Assembly: GCF_046119375.1 (NCBI RefSeq)
Contig: NW_027362772.1
Span: 234,546,001-234,610,000 of the forward strand
DNA length: 64,000 nucleotides
Source: Phyllobates terribilis
Taxonomy: Eukaryota
Direction of reading: 5' to 3'
Numbering within the stretch: position 1 is the first letter of the stretch; the number at the start of each line of letters is the position of its first letter. The position numbers and the translations under genes are program-made. Positions 48,180 to 61,800 of the stretch are shown here, piece by piece. Under the pieces are notes generated by a model. It ran no database searches. It worked only from the letters and a program-made list of their open reading frames with translations, and had not been told where the DNA came from.

Positions 48180-49320
48180 AACCCCCCCTTGACCAAATGA
48201 AATAAGCCCGCTCCATAGATGGCATTCACCTCTAACAACGAGAGTCACTTCCGATCACTGCTGTTAATCCCTTAAACACAGCTGTCAATCTCTGACGAGA
48301 GCATTTAAGGCATGCAATTGTTGTGTTGTACCGTTTTGAGCAATCATAGGCCCCCCCATAAATGTGGGGTCCTACTGGGTTGTCATGCTGAAAGATCCTA
48401 CGGCTATCATATGCGTACTCCAATGTAATCCAGCATCAGGCTGACCTTCATGGTAGATCATCATGTTATCCACACAGTGCAGTACCAAGAGTAATCAATA
48501 GATCATAAGTTCATGTCCACTAAAAAGACTAAAAAAAGTGTTAAGAATAAAAAAATATCGAAAAATTGGAATCATCCCATTTTTCCCCCTTTAAAAATAA
48601 AGAAATAAAAAAGCTAAAAAATAAACAGACTTTGTATTGCCTTCACCTTGAAAGTCCGATCTTCCAAAATATAAAGTTATTAAATCCATAGGTAACCTCT
48701 GAAAATAAAAAGGAAATAAAAATTTCAGAATTCCTGTTTTTTAGTCACCACCACGCTTACCCCAAAAAATGCAATGAAAGGTGATCAAAATGTAATGTAC
48801 CCCAAAATGGCACCAATAAAAAGAAAAAAACAAATTGTCTCTTCAGAGAGGAAGAGGACCAGAACTCTAGTGCCACCTACAGGAAGTAGCAATCCTAAAA
48901 AGACCAATGAAAAGATCAGTTTGAGATGCAAAAAACAAGATCTCATACAGTTCCATCAACAAAAAAGAGAAAATGCTACGGGTCTCAGAAAATAGCGACG
49001 TGAACAAAATTTTTGTTTCTTTCACCACTGGAATAAAAAAAAAAACTTTACAAGTTTGATATAAGGCTTTCCAGGTCAATTTAATTTTACAATAAACACA
49101 GTAAAAATAAAACCACAAAACTATGGCAAAATGAAGGATTTGTTTTGCTAGTCCATTTTTTAGTACGTAGTATAAAAAAAGAATGGTGTCAATCAAAACT
49201 ACAACTTCTCCCACAGCGAACTAGCCCTTACACAGCTATACCTGATGGAAAATTAAAAAAGCTATGACTCTTGGAAAAAAAGGATGAAAACTAAACTAAA
49301 GCACAGAAACAAAAATTGGC
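48180..49320. mobile_element. Decayed TTAA-type (piggyBac-like) non-autonomous element
   Basis: TTAACCCCCCCTTGACC start and A-rich body. No right end found. Confidence 0.4.
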
Positions 49321-49340
49321 GGAGTTGAAAATGTGTTTAA

Positions 49341-49779
49341 AGAAGCACACCCATCACAGTTTTTATCTTAATATATTGCGGTCATCATATTATATAGCAC
49401 TGTGTACTTACAATTGCCCATTTTGCCTTTCTACCCAGTAAATTATTCTCTTTTCTCTGCTCTATGTAGAAACAGGAAGTCTCTTTTCCCTGCTTTTATC
49501 ATTCCCCCTCTTCAACTCCTGACCCAGCTGCTCCTTCCTCCCCTGCCAGGGACTTTTGCAGGATGACTGACACGGGTAAAATTGACCTCTGTTTCTACAT
49601 AGAGCTTAGAAGGATTCAGCTAGTCAGTTTTTAATCACGTGATGTCAAAGACATAACGGAAAAGAGAAGAATTATCTGGGTAGAAAGGCAAAATTGAGCA
49701 ATTGTAAGTACATAATGTTATGTAATATCAAGATTGCAATATATTAAGAGGTAAAAACTTTGATGGGAGGAGTGCTTTT
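49341..49779. mobile_element. TTAA-flanked MITE (T2/Kolobok-like)
   Basis: TTAA AGAAGCACACCCATC...GATGGGAGGAGTGCTTTT TTAA, with about 130-bp imperfect inverted arms. Confidence 0.8.
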
Positions 49780-50132
49780 TTAATACTTTTTTATTTTGTA
49801 TACAGCTCTTTGCCTAGGTGACTGTTCACCACTGCTGTCTAGCTGAACCTGCAAGGTCTTTTATTTTGAGATTGCAAGCACTGCTTTGAAGCTGGTGGGC
49901 ATCGCTGGAGGGCAGTTATCTCCTAATCTTGGCCACCTTTAAATGCAGTGTTTTTAAGCTAGATAGAAGAGATGGTCGGTTTCCTAGGCAATGAGCTGTA
50001 AACAAAAGAAAAGTGTTCAAATCTGATGAATGGCTTCAAATTTTAATATTCTATAAATTGCAAAAGTACTATCCAACAACACTCATCTATGTCCAACAAC
50101 ACTCATCTATGAAGATGGGAATAACCCTTTAA

Positions 50133-50507
50133 AGAGGACCTGTCGCCAGATCAAAACTGGCAAATTTTTTGCTCTTATATGATTCTCTCCGCTCCCCTGA
50201 GTAATACATTTTTCGTTTTTTTTTAAAATCTGCCATAAAGTTCCAAAGATATGGGTCTTTTATATTTAGCTCTACTGCTTGGGTGTAGCCCATATTATGC
50301 AAAACAGCCAAAAGACACGCCCACATATAATCTTGTGAGCATCGCCCCCTTTGCCAAGACTATAAAAAATTGCACCACATTAAAAGGCCCATATTTATGG
50401 AACTGTATGGCGGATTTTAAAAAAACAAAAAATGAATTACTCTGGAGAGCAGTGAGAATAGAATAAGAGCACAAACTAACCATGTTTGACCTAGTGACAG
50501 ATCCCCT
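50133..50507. mobile_element. TTAA-flanked MITE (T2/Kolobok-like)
   Basis: TTAA AGAGGACCTGTCGCCAG...CTAGTGACAGATCCCCT TTAA. Confidence 0.8.
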
Positions 50508-52009
50508 TTAAGTCCCATTTATTGCAGTTGCTACAAAACACACAACCAGCTGAACTGTATACGATGAGAGCAAAGTGGAACCCCTGTATTAACCACAGTG
50601 AAATTTTGTTCAATGGGGGTATTAATGCTAATTATGGTGGACCTCAAGGGTGGGAAATATATCCTGAAATATTAAAGCTAGGCACTGCTGGACAGCTCCA
50701 TCTTTGACAACTTTCTGAGAATAAGATGTATTACAGAAGTTCTCTTCATGATCCTAAACATATCACTTATATTAGTAGCAAAGTAAAGATCCAAGATGAT
50801 GACAGCCCAGAAAATGCATCAGGTTCTACAAAAGTAATTACCAATACATTGTAACTTCTCTTTGAAGGTTTGTCTTTCCTGAGTAATATGACAATTGACG
50901 GTAAGCACAACTCATGGCTGTTCGAGTGAAGACAACAATTATTTTCCAATCAACGCTAATTGCATGATTGAGAATTCCTGTTGAAAGTTCATCCAAATTA
51001 AGTCAATTCATTTTGAAAGGATGATTAAAAGTAAATGTATCGGAAACATGAAGACTTACAGGAAATATTCAAAAAAGGCAAAAGGTTCTGATTTTCTTGA
51101 GTATTGTCAGGAGCAAAGTAGAATAAAGTCAGCGACTGGGAAGAGACAAAAATTGGTAAAGTGAAGTTTTGGCCAAGTTTTCACAATTTGTAAAATGAGT
51201 AGGGTGATGTAATGGCACAGACTTTTTAACTCTGATCCCCCATCTGAAGGACGCTCTACGGAGGAGCTCTATCTTGGAGTTTTCCGTGGTCTATTTATCT
51301 CAGTTGGAAACTTTGTGTATCACATTTATATTATGTCTGACCCCGTTCCTAGATACCCATATACAAATGTATTTGTCGGTTCACGCGTCTTGTGGCAATC
51401 CATTTGTATCAGTAACGATAGGATGATCAAAGGTAGGGACTCCCATCAAGCAGCAATTGTTTCATTACCCCATAGTGGCACTGCAGGAGAAGTGAGGAAT
51501 TACATGGAGCCCACTAAAATCAATGACCTGTATGAGTAATAAATGAACATCCTGACAACTTTTGAAGTTGATTTCCCATTTCACTCCTGTCTTTGAATTT
51601 AGGATATGTGCAAATAAGTTATTCTATACTATATATATAAATATAAAATCCTAAAAATGAATTGTGCTAAATGGCAAACTCAGCTCTGCTGTACCTAAAA
51701 TCATTAATGATTTTCTTTATTACTGACACTATTTCAGAGGAGCACATCAAAGTAGATTTGAAGTGTTGGACAGTAATACAATACAAGGAGGAAGAAAGTG
51801 AAGAAAAAAAAAAGAAGAAACAAGCTCCTTGCAAATCTTACATGGTCTGAATTGAAACCTATGGTCATAGTAGTAAGGCAGAAACTCAAATCACCCTGGA
51901 ATGAAAACTGAAGCAATATTTTTTACATCTGGAAGCAGAAATTTCACATTTACACAGATGAGAGCGCAATTTTATTGTAATAGGAGCCACTGGGGTAACA
52001 GATCCATTT

Positions 52010-52217
52010 ATGACATTTCTTCCACCAAAATCTTCCCCAATCACCTGTGAGTGACATTATTGAGAAGTGGAAGGAACGGCAGCAACTCAGCCACGAAGTG
52101 GAGATCCCATAACGTTACAGAGCGGAGGTCACCGAATTCTGAGGTGCAGAGAGCAGAAAAATCACCAACGCTCTGCTGACCCCATAACTGCAGAGTCCAG
52201 GCCTCCTCTGGTATTAT
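52010..52217 (+). pseudogene. Tc1 transposase N-terminal fragment
   Basis: Decayed VSDIIEKWK...ATQPRSG.P.NVTE...KNHQRSAD.ITAE segment. Confidence 0.6.
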
Positions 52218-53227
52218 TGTAAGAGAGTGTACAATGAATGATGAGAGCCCCCAGCCGTGTACACCATTTGCGATTAGAGACTGCCATCTATTTCTCAGAT
52301 AGAACGCTGCAGAACGAGAAAAAAGAGGAAGCGTTGCAGGGAGGATGGGTCCAAAGAGAGCTCCAGATCAGGTGACTTTTGTGACGCAGCTCTCCAATAT
52401 AAAAAGACAATGCCAAAATGGAAGGATTTTTGAACTCAAGTAAACGAACAGACAGGACATGTGTCAAGGAAGTTGGTGAGACCAGGGTGAGAACCCATGT
52501 GGTGCCAGACGAGTCCCGGAATCCAGACAACGAAGGTCAAGGCCCGAAGACCCAATCTACGCCAAGCAAGTTCCAGAATTCAGACTACGCAGGTGAAGGC
52601 CTGAAAACCAAACTTACGCTGGTCAAGACCTGGAGTCCAGACGATGCCTGTCAAGAGCCAAGACCCAGCCCTTATCCCACAGGGTTCTAGAGACTTGCAC
52701 CATTGGACAAGCGCCGAAGATCTGTGAGGAGACTCCGCTTAGGGGGGTGAGCGCCTGCGGTGGTGAATGGGAGATGCGTGTGAGCTGGGCTGTTGCTTCC
52801 AGCACTGAAGTACGGTACAGGGGTTGGTCTGGGCTAGTACGACAGATAGTTAAGGTGGCCTAGCCAGCCATGTTAGACTTTGTCAGGAGGACTTGCGGCC
52901 TAGCGGGAAGAACCAGTGACCCCTGCTAGGGCTTGTGTTAGAGGAAGAAATAGTACAGTGACTTTTATGGTACCAGGATTATCACCCCTGTCAGACATTA
53001 TAAGAACATACTGTATAACAAGAGACTGTTGTTAGAGTGAACCCGAGGATTCATTGTATATCTGATATTGTATATTGCATTATTCATCATTGCTATAGTT
53101 ACCGCAATTTCTGCAATATGTGTATTCTTGTATACTGTTGACATAGATGGCAGAATGCATTGAAAATAAACCAGATTAAGATGTCAGTCAAGTCCTGTCC
53201 CTGTTACGCAAAGTCAACCTGATCACA
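52218..53227 (+). mobile_element. LTR-like segment of a different family
   Basis: Starts TGTAAG, ends GATCACA, AATAAA about 60 nt before the end, interrupts a Tc1 fragment. No TSD found. Confidence 0.4.
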
Positions 53228-53436
53228 AAACTGGCAGGACACACTTGTTTATTCCAATACTAGTTGGAGCAGCCATTGCTCCTACATGTTTATGGTTTCC
53301 ATAATATTTTCTGTGTTATAGGGAATGGTGTAAAACACCTGTATTCCTTGCACTTCCAATTATATATTCAACAAATGACCTTGTAATAGATTTTAACTGG
53401 CAATTTACTAATAAAGCCCTACTTTTGTACTATTTA

Positions 53437-53650
53437 GGCCAAGGCCCCACTATCAGTATTTGGTCAGTATTCGGTCAGTATTTTCTCCCAGGAGTGGGAG
53501 ACAAAACCTGTAATGGGTGATAAATGCAGAATTGGTGACTTGTTTCTATTATACCTTTTCTCTGATTGTTCCTCACGTGGTTTCGGCTCCCACTCCTGAG
53601 AAAAAGTACTGACCGAATACTGACCAAATACTGATAGCGGGGCCGTGGCC
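53437..53650. mobile_element. Small PIF/Harbinger-like MITE
   Basis: GGCCAAGGCCCCACTATCAGTATTTGGTCAGTATTCGGTCAGTA and ...TACTGACCGAATACTGACCAAATACTGATAGCGGGGCCGTGGCC. Confidence 0.8.
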
Positions 53651-53664
53651 TTCTGCCTAACAAT

Positions 53665-54075
53665 GCCCCTATACAGCCAACGCAATAGTATAAAGGCCAC
53701 CACATAGCTCTCCAAAAGGCATAATGGCCCCACATAGCAATTCAAACTGTATAATACCCCATACATAGCACTTTAAACAGCATAATGCCCCCCATATAAC
53801 CCTCCAAACAGTATAATACCCCTACATAGCCCTCCAAACAGCATAATGGCCCCATATAGCTCTTCAGACATTATAATGCCCCCCAAATATCCCTCCAAAC
53901 CGAATAATGGCCCCCACGTAGCTATCCAAGCAGTATAATTGGCCCCAACACAGCCCATGAAACAGTGTAAAGGCCCCCACACAGCTCTCCAAATAGTATA
54001 CTACCCCCCCACATAGCCCACTAAACAGAATAATGACCCCATATAGCCCTCCAAACAGTATAATATCCCACACAA
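53665..54075. repeat. ~31-bp diverged minisatellite
   Basis: CCCCACATAGCCCTCCAAACAGTATAAT-like units, about 12-13 copies. Confidence 0.8.
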
Positions 54076-55933
54076 TGTAATCATTGATTAAAAAAATAAA
54101 TAAAAATACTCACCTCTCCCTGTTCCCCCGCTGCTCTGGTCTATGCACAGTGTATTCTACACAGCAGGCGCGATGTAGAGATGTCATCGAACCCACTGTG
54201 CTGAGGTGCCAGAGCTCAGATGCACAGAAAGACTGATGAAGGAGGGAGCTAAGGGCTCAAATACAGTTGAAAGTGTGATGTCAGGTGGGGAGTCCTGGTG
54301 TTGGTGCTGGCCCCGCCCCCCAACTCAGGCTGCATGGTCTGCCGCTATTAGCTTATGCCCCTGCTATCCAGGGATTAAAAAGAACCTGACAGCTGATACA
54401 ACCTGCATGATCCATAGGCAGTATGTATCAAACCCTGGCTGTATGATCTCAGCCTTGAATGTCTGACTATGAAATACTGCAATTTTTCAGATTAAAACAT
54501 ATTTTAAAAGCAAAACCGGATCATTATAGAAATTGCAACGGTTTTGAATGGTCATTTGCAACTGTTATTTCTGATATGTACGGTGTACCAGGCAGTGCGA
54601 GGAAGTCACAGATCATGCCTTCCCTGCTGTCCCAGTCAGGTCTTAGTAGAATATAAAATAAAAGTAAATAAATCTAAAAACCCACATTAATAAGCAAATT
54701 AACAAATAAATAGCTATGTTTCTAATTACCCAGGTTACAGGATTTCTGTCGTCCTTCTACAGTTTGATCACTAGTGGCCGCTATTGTTCACTTTAATATT
54801 GTGCTGCAGTTTCACTCCTTACCACTGGAGGCTGCTGTTGTGTTCCGCAATTGCCCTTTACCAAAATGGTGGATTCTGAATCTATGGAATCCATCTTGTT
54901 TCCTGTTTGGGCCTACTTAATGCCGCATGGATCTCTCACTCATTGCTTGAGTATTGTGTCTAGCTGTTAGCCTAGTTCCAGTTCTCCAGCTCTTGAACAT
55001 TCTTACCCAGACTGTTCAATTTATCTACGGATTGTTTCCTACAACTCCTTGCTATCTACATGAACTTATACTACCACTTGCTGCTCCTGCTTGTGCTCCT
55101 TCAGCCACTGGTTTCCAGCAGTACTATGCCAGTATCGTAACACCAGGCCAGCTTGACTTCTTGCCCTTCATCAAGCACCCAGCACTTGAAGTGCATCACC
55201 CTCCATTCCTACTTTTGCTCAAGGGTTTAAAACCTCCTTAATCATATGAAACGTAAAAGCTACTAAGCTACTAAACTATTGTGCATAGGCAGAAACCCAG
55301 TACTCCCACCAGTCAGCTGAAATCCGCTCCGGCGGTGGCCAGGTATAAGTGATGACCGGAGCGAAACACAACAGCTGCGTATCTCTAAAAGTTTCAACTT
55401 TCCTCATGTCCCCTCTGTTATTGTCTTTACCTGCATAAGACGATTACATTAATTTCCTAACTACTTTGGCTTGGAAACAGCAAAGCAATAAAAAAAAAAC
55501 GTGAAGCTAATTCCACTATCTGCAATGCACAACAGCATCAATACAAAAACAGTTAATTGTGTGATAAATCAGGACAAACGGCTTTAGCGCCAGGACTGAT
55601 TTAGGAATCAATGTCTTCTTCTTGTTAATATTCATTACTAGTGGTGATATTTTATGGATCATATATAATTCATGTTTAATTAGCGTTTACTGCCTTTAAC
55701 ATTTCATGAAATAACATTTCATAGACATCTCATGATTACTCATTAGTAAAAGAAAATAAAAAATGAAGGCTGTGTAATAAAGATCCTGCATTGTAACTCA
55801 AACATGAGACAGCATTAGAGTCGAGCGGCATAAAAAATTCACAATGGTAAACATGTGGTAATCTCATAAAGATCATTGATTACAGAGGTAACTTTTTTTG
55901 AGGTTACAATAAGGGCTTAGGCCCAGGACCATG

Positions 55934-57249
55934 TGACGCGCCCCCTGGGCCTGTGTTGTGCAGGGGAACCCGGAACCGGGCCTATTGTAGAATGCTGGGG
56001 GTTGTAGTCTCCGTGTGGCGGTGACCCGGTCCGTGCCCAGGGTGGTCAAACCAGTGGCAGTCTTAATGTATAGCAAATGTCCGACTACGCCACCCGTGGA
56101 TTGCGGTCAGTGGGGACCGCCGCTGCGCTGCCGACCGCTGAGGCTGATGTTGTTTGCGCAGCCGAGTATGGGATAACTCCCCACGGGAGAAGTATTGCCT
56201 CAGGGCAGCTAATGTAGATGATGATGGGAGTGATGGTGTGAGCGTCCCAGTGCTAATGGTGCTGGTGCAGCGAGGAACCACAGAGACGTGCGGTTGCAGT
56301 TTTCAATGCTTTACTCACAGTTGTTGTTCATGTCAATGCTGCAGGCGATGACTGCCCGAGCCGTGCAGCGTCCACCAGGCAAGGGACTCGGTCAACTCCC
56401 AGGTAATTCCAGAGCGTGGCACAGGGCTCCCTTCTCTACCTTTCTCTGGCCGTCCCCACCAGTGACCCACCTTTGTCCAGCTTCCTCAGGCCTTCTGTTA
56501 GCGAAACCTCTCCCGGTTTCCCTGACCCTATGCGGTATGCCTTTCTGGTGGATGTAGTGAGGGGTCGCACCAAGATGTGGTAACAACCTCCGGTCTTTGG
56601 CTGAGGAATCTGTTGCCTCCACCAATTTGGGTTCCGGTACCCTGTTCTGCCAACCCTTCACCCTGTATCTCCTCTGGGCATATGGGGTTCCTTCTTTACT
56701 CGCATCTCTGGGCCTTTCTCTGTGTTCCTTGCTTCCTTTCTCCTCTGTTCCAGTTCCTTTCTTACTTTCCTTTCCGCTCCTTCTCCTCTCTCTTTCTGCT
56801 GTTTCTGGCCTCCACTCCAGGCCTGCCTCTGGAGCTGGGCCCAGACTGAGCCACAGCTCCCTGTCAGCCCTCTCTGGCTGAACTCCTCTCTGAACTGAAC
56901 TGACGGACTGTCCTAAGATGGTGCCTACCTTTTATACCTCCTTCTAACACCCGAGCCCAGGTGACTAGCAACCAATGGGCTCCTACCTATGCCCAGAGAC
57001 CCACCCCTATCTGCTCCTACACCACTGGGTATTCCACCCCCTCCCCACTCCAGCCAGGGACAGATGCTGTCGTGCCTGCACTTCTATCTTGTGGGAGCAC
57101 CGCTGAGCTGTCCCTCGGAAATGGGGTGTGTGTGGTGCATGCAGCTACTGAGTCCTGGTCCACACTCCATCCTTACCCGGGAGTGGAATATCACACCTCT
57201 GGTTTGAGGTGCAATACCCCTGTAGCAGCCGAGCCCTCGGGGTGCTACA
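55934..57249 (-). mobile_element. Solo-LTR-like element (copy 5)
   Basis: Minus strand runs TGTAGCACCCCGAGGG...GGGGGCGCGTCA. TSD CATG at 55930-55933 and 57250-57253. Its 5' end nearly matches copy 3. Confidence 0.88.
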
Positions 57250-57394
57250 CATGTATAAAGAATTGACATACTTTGACATAGGTTTTTTGCTGCAAACATA
57301 CCCATCGATCAAGTTGGGAGTTTAATTTTCCTGCAGTGCCTCCGTAGGGTAAATGAAATCATCGAGTTATCGAAAGATGTATTGGATTCTCCAG

Positions 57395-57770
57395 GCTAAG
57401 AGCAGGTGCAGACGACCGTATTTTCTCTCATCCTAGAGAATCGGGCCGATTATGCTAATCACACTCTGATCAGAGCGTGATCTGATTTTCTCACATGAGG
57501 AGAAGATGGAAAAAAAATGTCTTCATCTTCTCTGTTCTGTGAGACTGCAGAAATCGGACTGCACTCAGATGTCATCCGAGTGCAGTACGATTTTTTCCAC
57601 GGACTCATTGACTTGCATGGTTGAGTGCGATTCAAATATCGGATGCAAATCATGCACGCTGTGATTTTTTCCTAAGCGTCTGTCCGTGGAAAAAAATCTA
57701 AAAGTGCACGTCCCTATAGAATAACATTGGTCGGAGAGTGATCGCAATGAAAATACGGCAGCCCTTGGAC
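57395..57770. mobile_element. Decayed Harbinger-like MITE
   Basis: TAAGAGCAGGTGCAGACGACCGTATTTTC and GAAAATACGG inverted ends, with CGGA/TCCG subrepeats. Confidence 0.5.
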
Positions 57771-58321
57771 ACATTTACTATCGATAAAAGATGAGTGTCC
57801 TGAGCATTATATCCCCCTTTATTAATCAAGTATTCTGGCCAAGAGGTAGCCATTTTTTATTTGCTCATATTGAAAAATGTAAATATGTCACAAGGTTTTT
57901 GGTGCTTCCTCTGAGAGGAGCATAATGTAGGGTAGACTTTGAGTCCAGCGATGTCACTTACTGGGCTTCTTGCTGTCATTTTGATAAAATCACCATTTTA
58001 TCTGCTACACTTCTAATCTTTTCAGTGATGAGTTCACCCGTAAGATAGATTGACATTTTTTATAGCAACGCTGTGAATAGGCAAAAAGTTGCCAATTAAT
58101 GGGGAGGGGCAGGGATAGACAGAGCTCACGATTGTCAAGGACCACATTGTTCATCCTCTCCACCTCATAAAACACTGTTTTATCCAAACTACAGCAAGTA
58201 GCCCAATAAATGACACATCGCTGAAATCAGCATCTCTATACCCCTACATTATGAAAGAAAAAGGTGGCACATTCTCTGTAAACGGGTTCTTCGGGGATTT
58301 TAAAATTGATGACCTAGATGT

Positions 58322-58801
58322 TAGTGATGGGCGAGCGTGCTCGGTACTGCTCGATACTCGATCGAGAATCGGGTGCTCGAAAAAGTATCAAGCAGCTCCA
58401 TGTATCGCGTGGCGCTTGAGTGCTTGGATCCCCGTATGAGCTGCCCGCCGCACTGAAGCGGTGTATTCCCCTGCTGGGAGAACAGGGATTCCTCTGTCAG
58501 CCAGACTCTTTGTGAGTTGAAGAACTCTGCACTGAAATTGGGGCTTTTTCTCCTGAAATTAACCGTCAAGTGCCGGGAAAGATGCGTATCGACTAGTGAT
58601 GAACGAGCATACTCGCAAGCACTCGGTACTCGCTCGGGCGGATGCTCACGTTCCCTCCCTGCATGTTTGGCGCTCTTCAAAGCGCCAATCAACATGCATG
58701 GATTGCCTGCCACTCACTGTAATGCCGCAGCCATTTTTAACACAAAGGATCCATACATGTATCCAACCTGATTTGTACTTCCAGTCTCAATTATATACAA
58801 C
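58322..58801 (+). mobile_element. Two additional stacked hAT terminal segments
   Basis: TAGTGATGGGCGAGC at 58322 and TAGTGATGAACGAGCAT at 58594, each followed by CTCG-rich subterminal repeats. Confidence 0.75.
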
Positions 58802-61800
58802 TAGTGATGAGCGAGCATGCTCGCTACTGCTCGGTGCTCGCCCGAGCATCTCACTGCTCGAGATGCTCAGCGCTCGCCGAGTATTTCCGGGTTGCTCGGG
58901 TGGGAACTCGGGTCCCCTCCCTGAATGTTTGGCGCTCTTTAGAGAGCCAATGAACATGCAGGGATTGCCTGCCATGCACTGTAATGCCGTAGCCATGTTG
59001 GTTGTGGGCATTACAGTGATTGGCTGGCCGCACAGCGTCATCAGGTCTATATCAGACCTGGCACCGCTGTGCTCGTCACAGTCACTCCGGAATCAGAGAG
59101 TGTAGGGAGAGCAACTGCTGAGCTAGGGAGAGATTTGATTGTGTATTAGGTAGTGTAGGGAGAAAAACCGTACATTACACATATCCATCTTAACAAACAG
59201 TCCTTTTGAGGACTAATCCATCTGCAGAGATATCAGACAGGCAGGGTATATAGCAGACTGCAGTGCATATAGCACAAGAGGCTCCATTCCAGTTCTGCTT
59301 TCTGCTGCTGTTAGATATTTCTATACAAAGGCCCAGGACTCATGGGCCAGGAATACTTTTCTTTGGACCTTAATCCTCATTATTTGCTTAAAAAGCAATC
59401 CAGAGAACACCGTTTTTCTGCGCCATTTGCTTGTTGGCACTGCAGAATACAGCCAGGTCCTTTCCATATTACTGCGCTAGAAATTCAGCTATTTAAAACT
59501 CTGTTTTCTCCGTCACACGGATCACATATACGTTGTCAGAAAATACTGCCATTTCAAGTCTCCATTAAAAATTTCCTATAGTGTGTCAGTGAAGCAATTC
59601 ACACCAGTTTGCTGGTCAAACTACTTACCTACAGGCCAGGTATTTAAAACTCTGTTTTCTCCATCACACGGACCACATATAAGTTCGCTCCAAACTCAGT
59701 CATTTGTAGTGAACGTGGAAGATACTGTCCTCAATTGAAAATGGGCAAGGCACGTGGCAAGGGACGGGGAACTGGAAGTGATGGTAATGGTGCATGCAGA
59801 GGCCGAGGACAAGGCTGTGGGCAAGCCGAAATTCTCGCCTGACCTTCCTGTCCCAATTTCTAGGGGACCGCAGCACACCACTATTGAACCCAGAGCAGTG
59901 TCAAAAGGTTGTTTGTTGGATAGCGGATAATGCTTCCAGTCACTTAGCCACCACCACCACCCTGTCTTCCACACGGTCAAGTTTGAGTAGCCGTGAGTCT
60001 GGACCGCATATTCCTCTCCCTGATCCTCCTTCCTCCCACCATGCCGAGTACCCAGAGACAACTGATCCCACACATGGACACTCTGAGGAGCTGTTCACTT
60101 TTCCATTTATAGATTCGGGCCTCTCGCCCGGTCCACTTAAAGCGGGGCAAGAGGAGATCGCGTATAGCAATGCCCAAATATTTGAGCAGCCACGGTCACA
60201 CGAAGGCGACGGTGGGAAAGTGTCACAAGAGGTGGACGATGATGAGACACAATTGCCAGAAAGTCAGGAGGAGGACCAGGGTGTGGAAGTGGAAGACGAG
60301 GTGGCGGATGATATAGTAACTGACCCAACCTGGCAGGAGGACATGCAGAGCGAGGACAGCAGCACACAGGAGGGTGGAGGCAGAGCACTCCAACAGGCAG
60401 GAAGAAGCAGTGTGGTGGCCGCAGACAGAAGGCAGGCAACCGTTTCCCGTAACACCAACACGAAGGAAGTTACCAGTACAACTGTTAGGTCTTCCCGAGT
60501 CTGGTTGTTTTTCAAAGACTCTGCGGATAACCCCATAAAGGCCATTAACACGACCTACCAGGCCAGCCTCAGCAGCGGTGGCAAAAAGACCAGCCTGACC
60601 ACCACCAGCATGATCAGGCACATGGCAGCAAAGCACCCGACTTTGTAGGCCGAACCCCAGGGTCCGGGAACAGTGTCTGCGGGTGGCAACATTGCTTCTT
60701 CCGCTGTTGTGCATGCAAGCCAATCTCCTGTCCATGGTGCATGCGAAGATGCCTCCTGCCCTGCACCTGTCGTTGCACACTCTCAAGTAGCAGCATCAGG
60801 AAGCACGTCCATGTCCTTGTCTCAGCGGAGCGCTCAGTTGTCCATACCCCAGTCCTTGGAACGCAAGCGTAAATATGCAGCCAACGCTCCACAGGCCACA
60901 CTACTAAATTCTCACATTTCACGACTGCTTGCGCAAGAAATGTTGCCTTTTAGGCTCGTGGAGACGGAAGCATTCTGCAACCTGATGGCGGAAACCGTCC
61001 CTCAGTACTCGGTCCCCATCCACCACTATTTCTCCCTGTGTGCCGTCCCCTCATTGCACAAGCACGTGTCCCAAAACATTATCCATGCTCTCAACAATGC
61101 AGTTACAGGTAAAGTCCACCTAACCACGGACACGTGGACAAGTGCTTGTGGGTATGGACGGTACATCTCGCTGACGGCACACTGGGTTAACATAGTGGAA
61201 GCCGGGACCCAGTTGAACCTTGGGACGGAACATGTCCTCCCGACCACAAGGATTGCGGGCCCTAGGTCAATCAGGGTTGCCCTCACGGTCTACAGCTCCT
61301 GCACCTCATCCTCCTCAGCCTCCTCCTCCTCTTCAGCCTCCATCTCCGAAATGACCACATCAGTCACAAGCTGGAAGCACTGCAGCACTGCCTCAGCCAA
61401 GTGGCAACAGGCTGTTCTGAAGCTAATATGCTTAGGTGAAAAACCGCACAATGCTGAAGAGTTGTGGACAGCTCTGAAAGAGCAGGCAGATCTGTGGCTC
61501 ACACCGCTGAACCTACAGCCAGGCATGGTCGTGTGTGACAATGGCCGGAACCTAGTGGCGGCTCTGAGGCGAGGTGAGCTCACACACGTATCATGCCTGG
61601 CCCATGTGCTTAACCTCGTGGTTCAGCGGTTTCTCAAATCGAACCCGGAGCCGCCGGATCTGCTTGCTAAAGTACGCCACCTGTGTGCCCATTTTAGAAA
61701 GTCAGCTACAGCTTCCGCCGCCCTTGCAGCAGTGTTTCAGCAGCATTTGCAGCTTCCGGCTCACAGACTGGTGTGTGATGTCCCCACACGTTGGAACTCT

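Noticed and set aside
50767-50949. Minus-strand ORF ending KRS...SGLSSSWIFTLLLI, resembling a GPI-anchor or ZP C-terminus
   Set aside because: No recognisable homology and no clear acceptor. A competing plus-strand splice pattern overlaps it.
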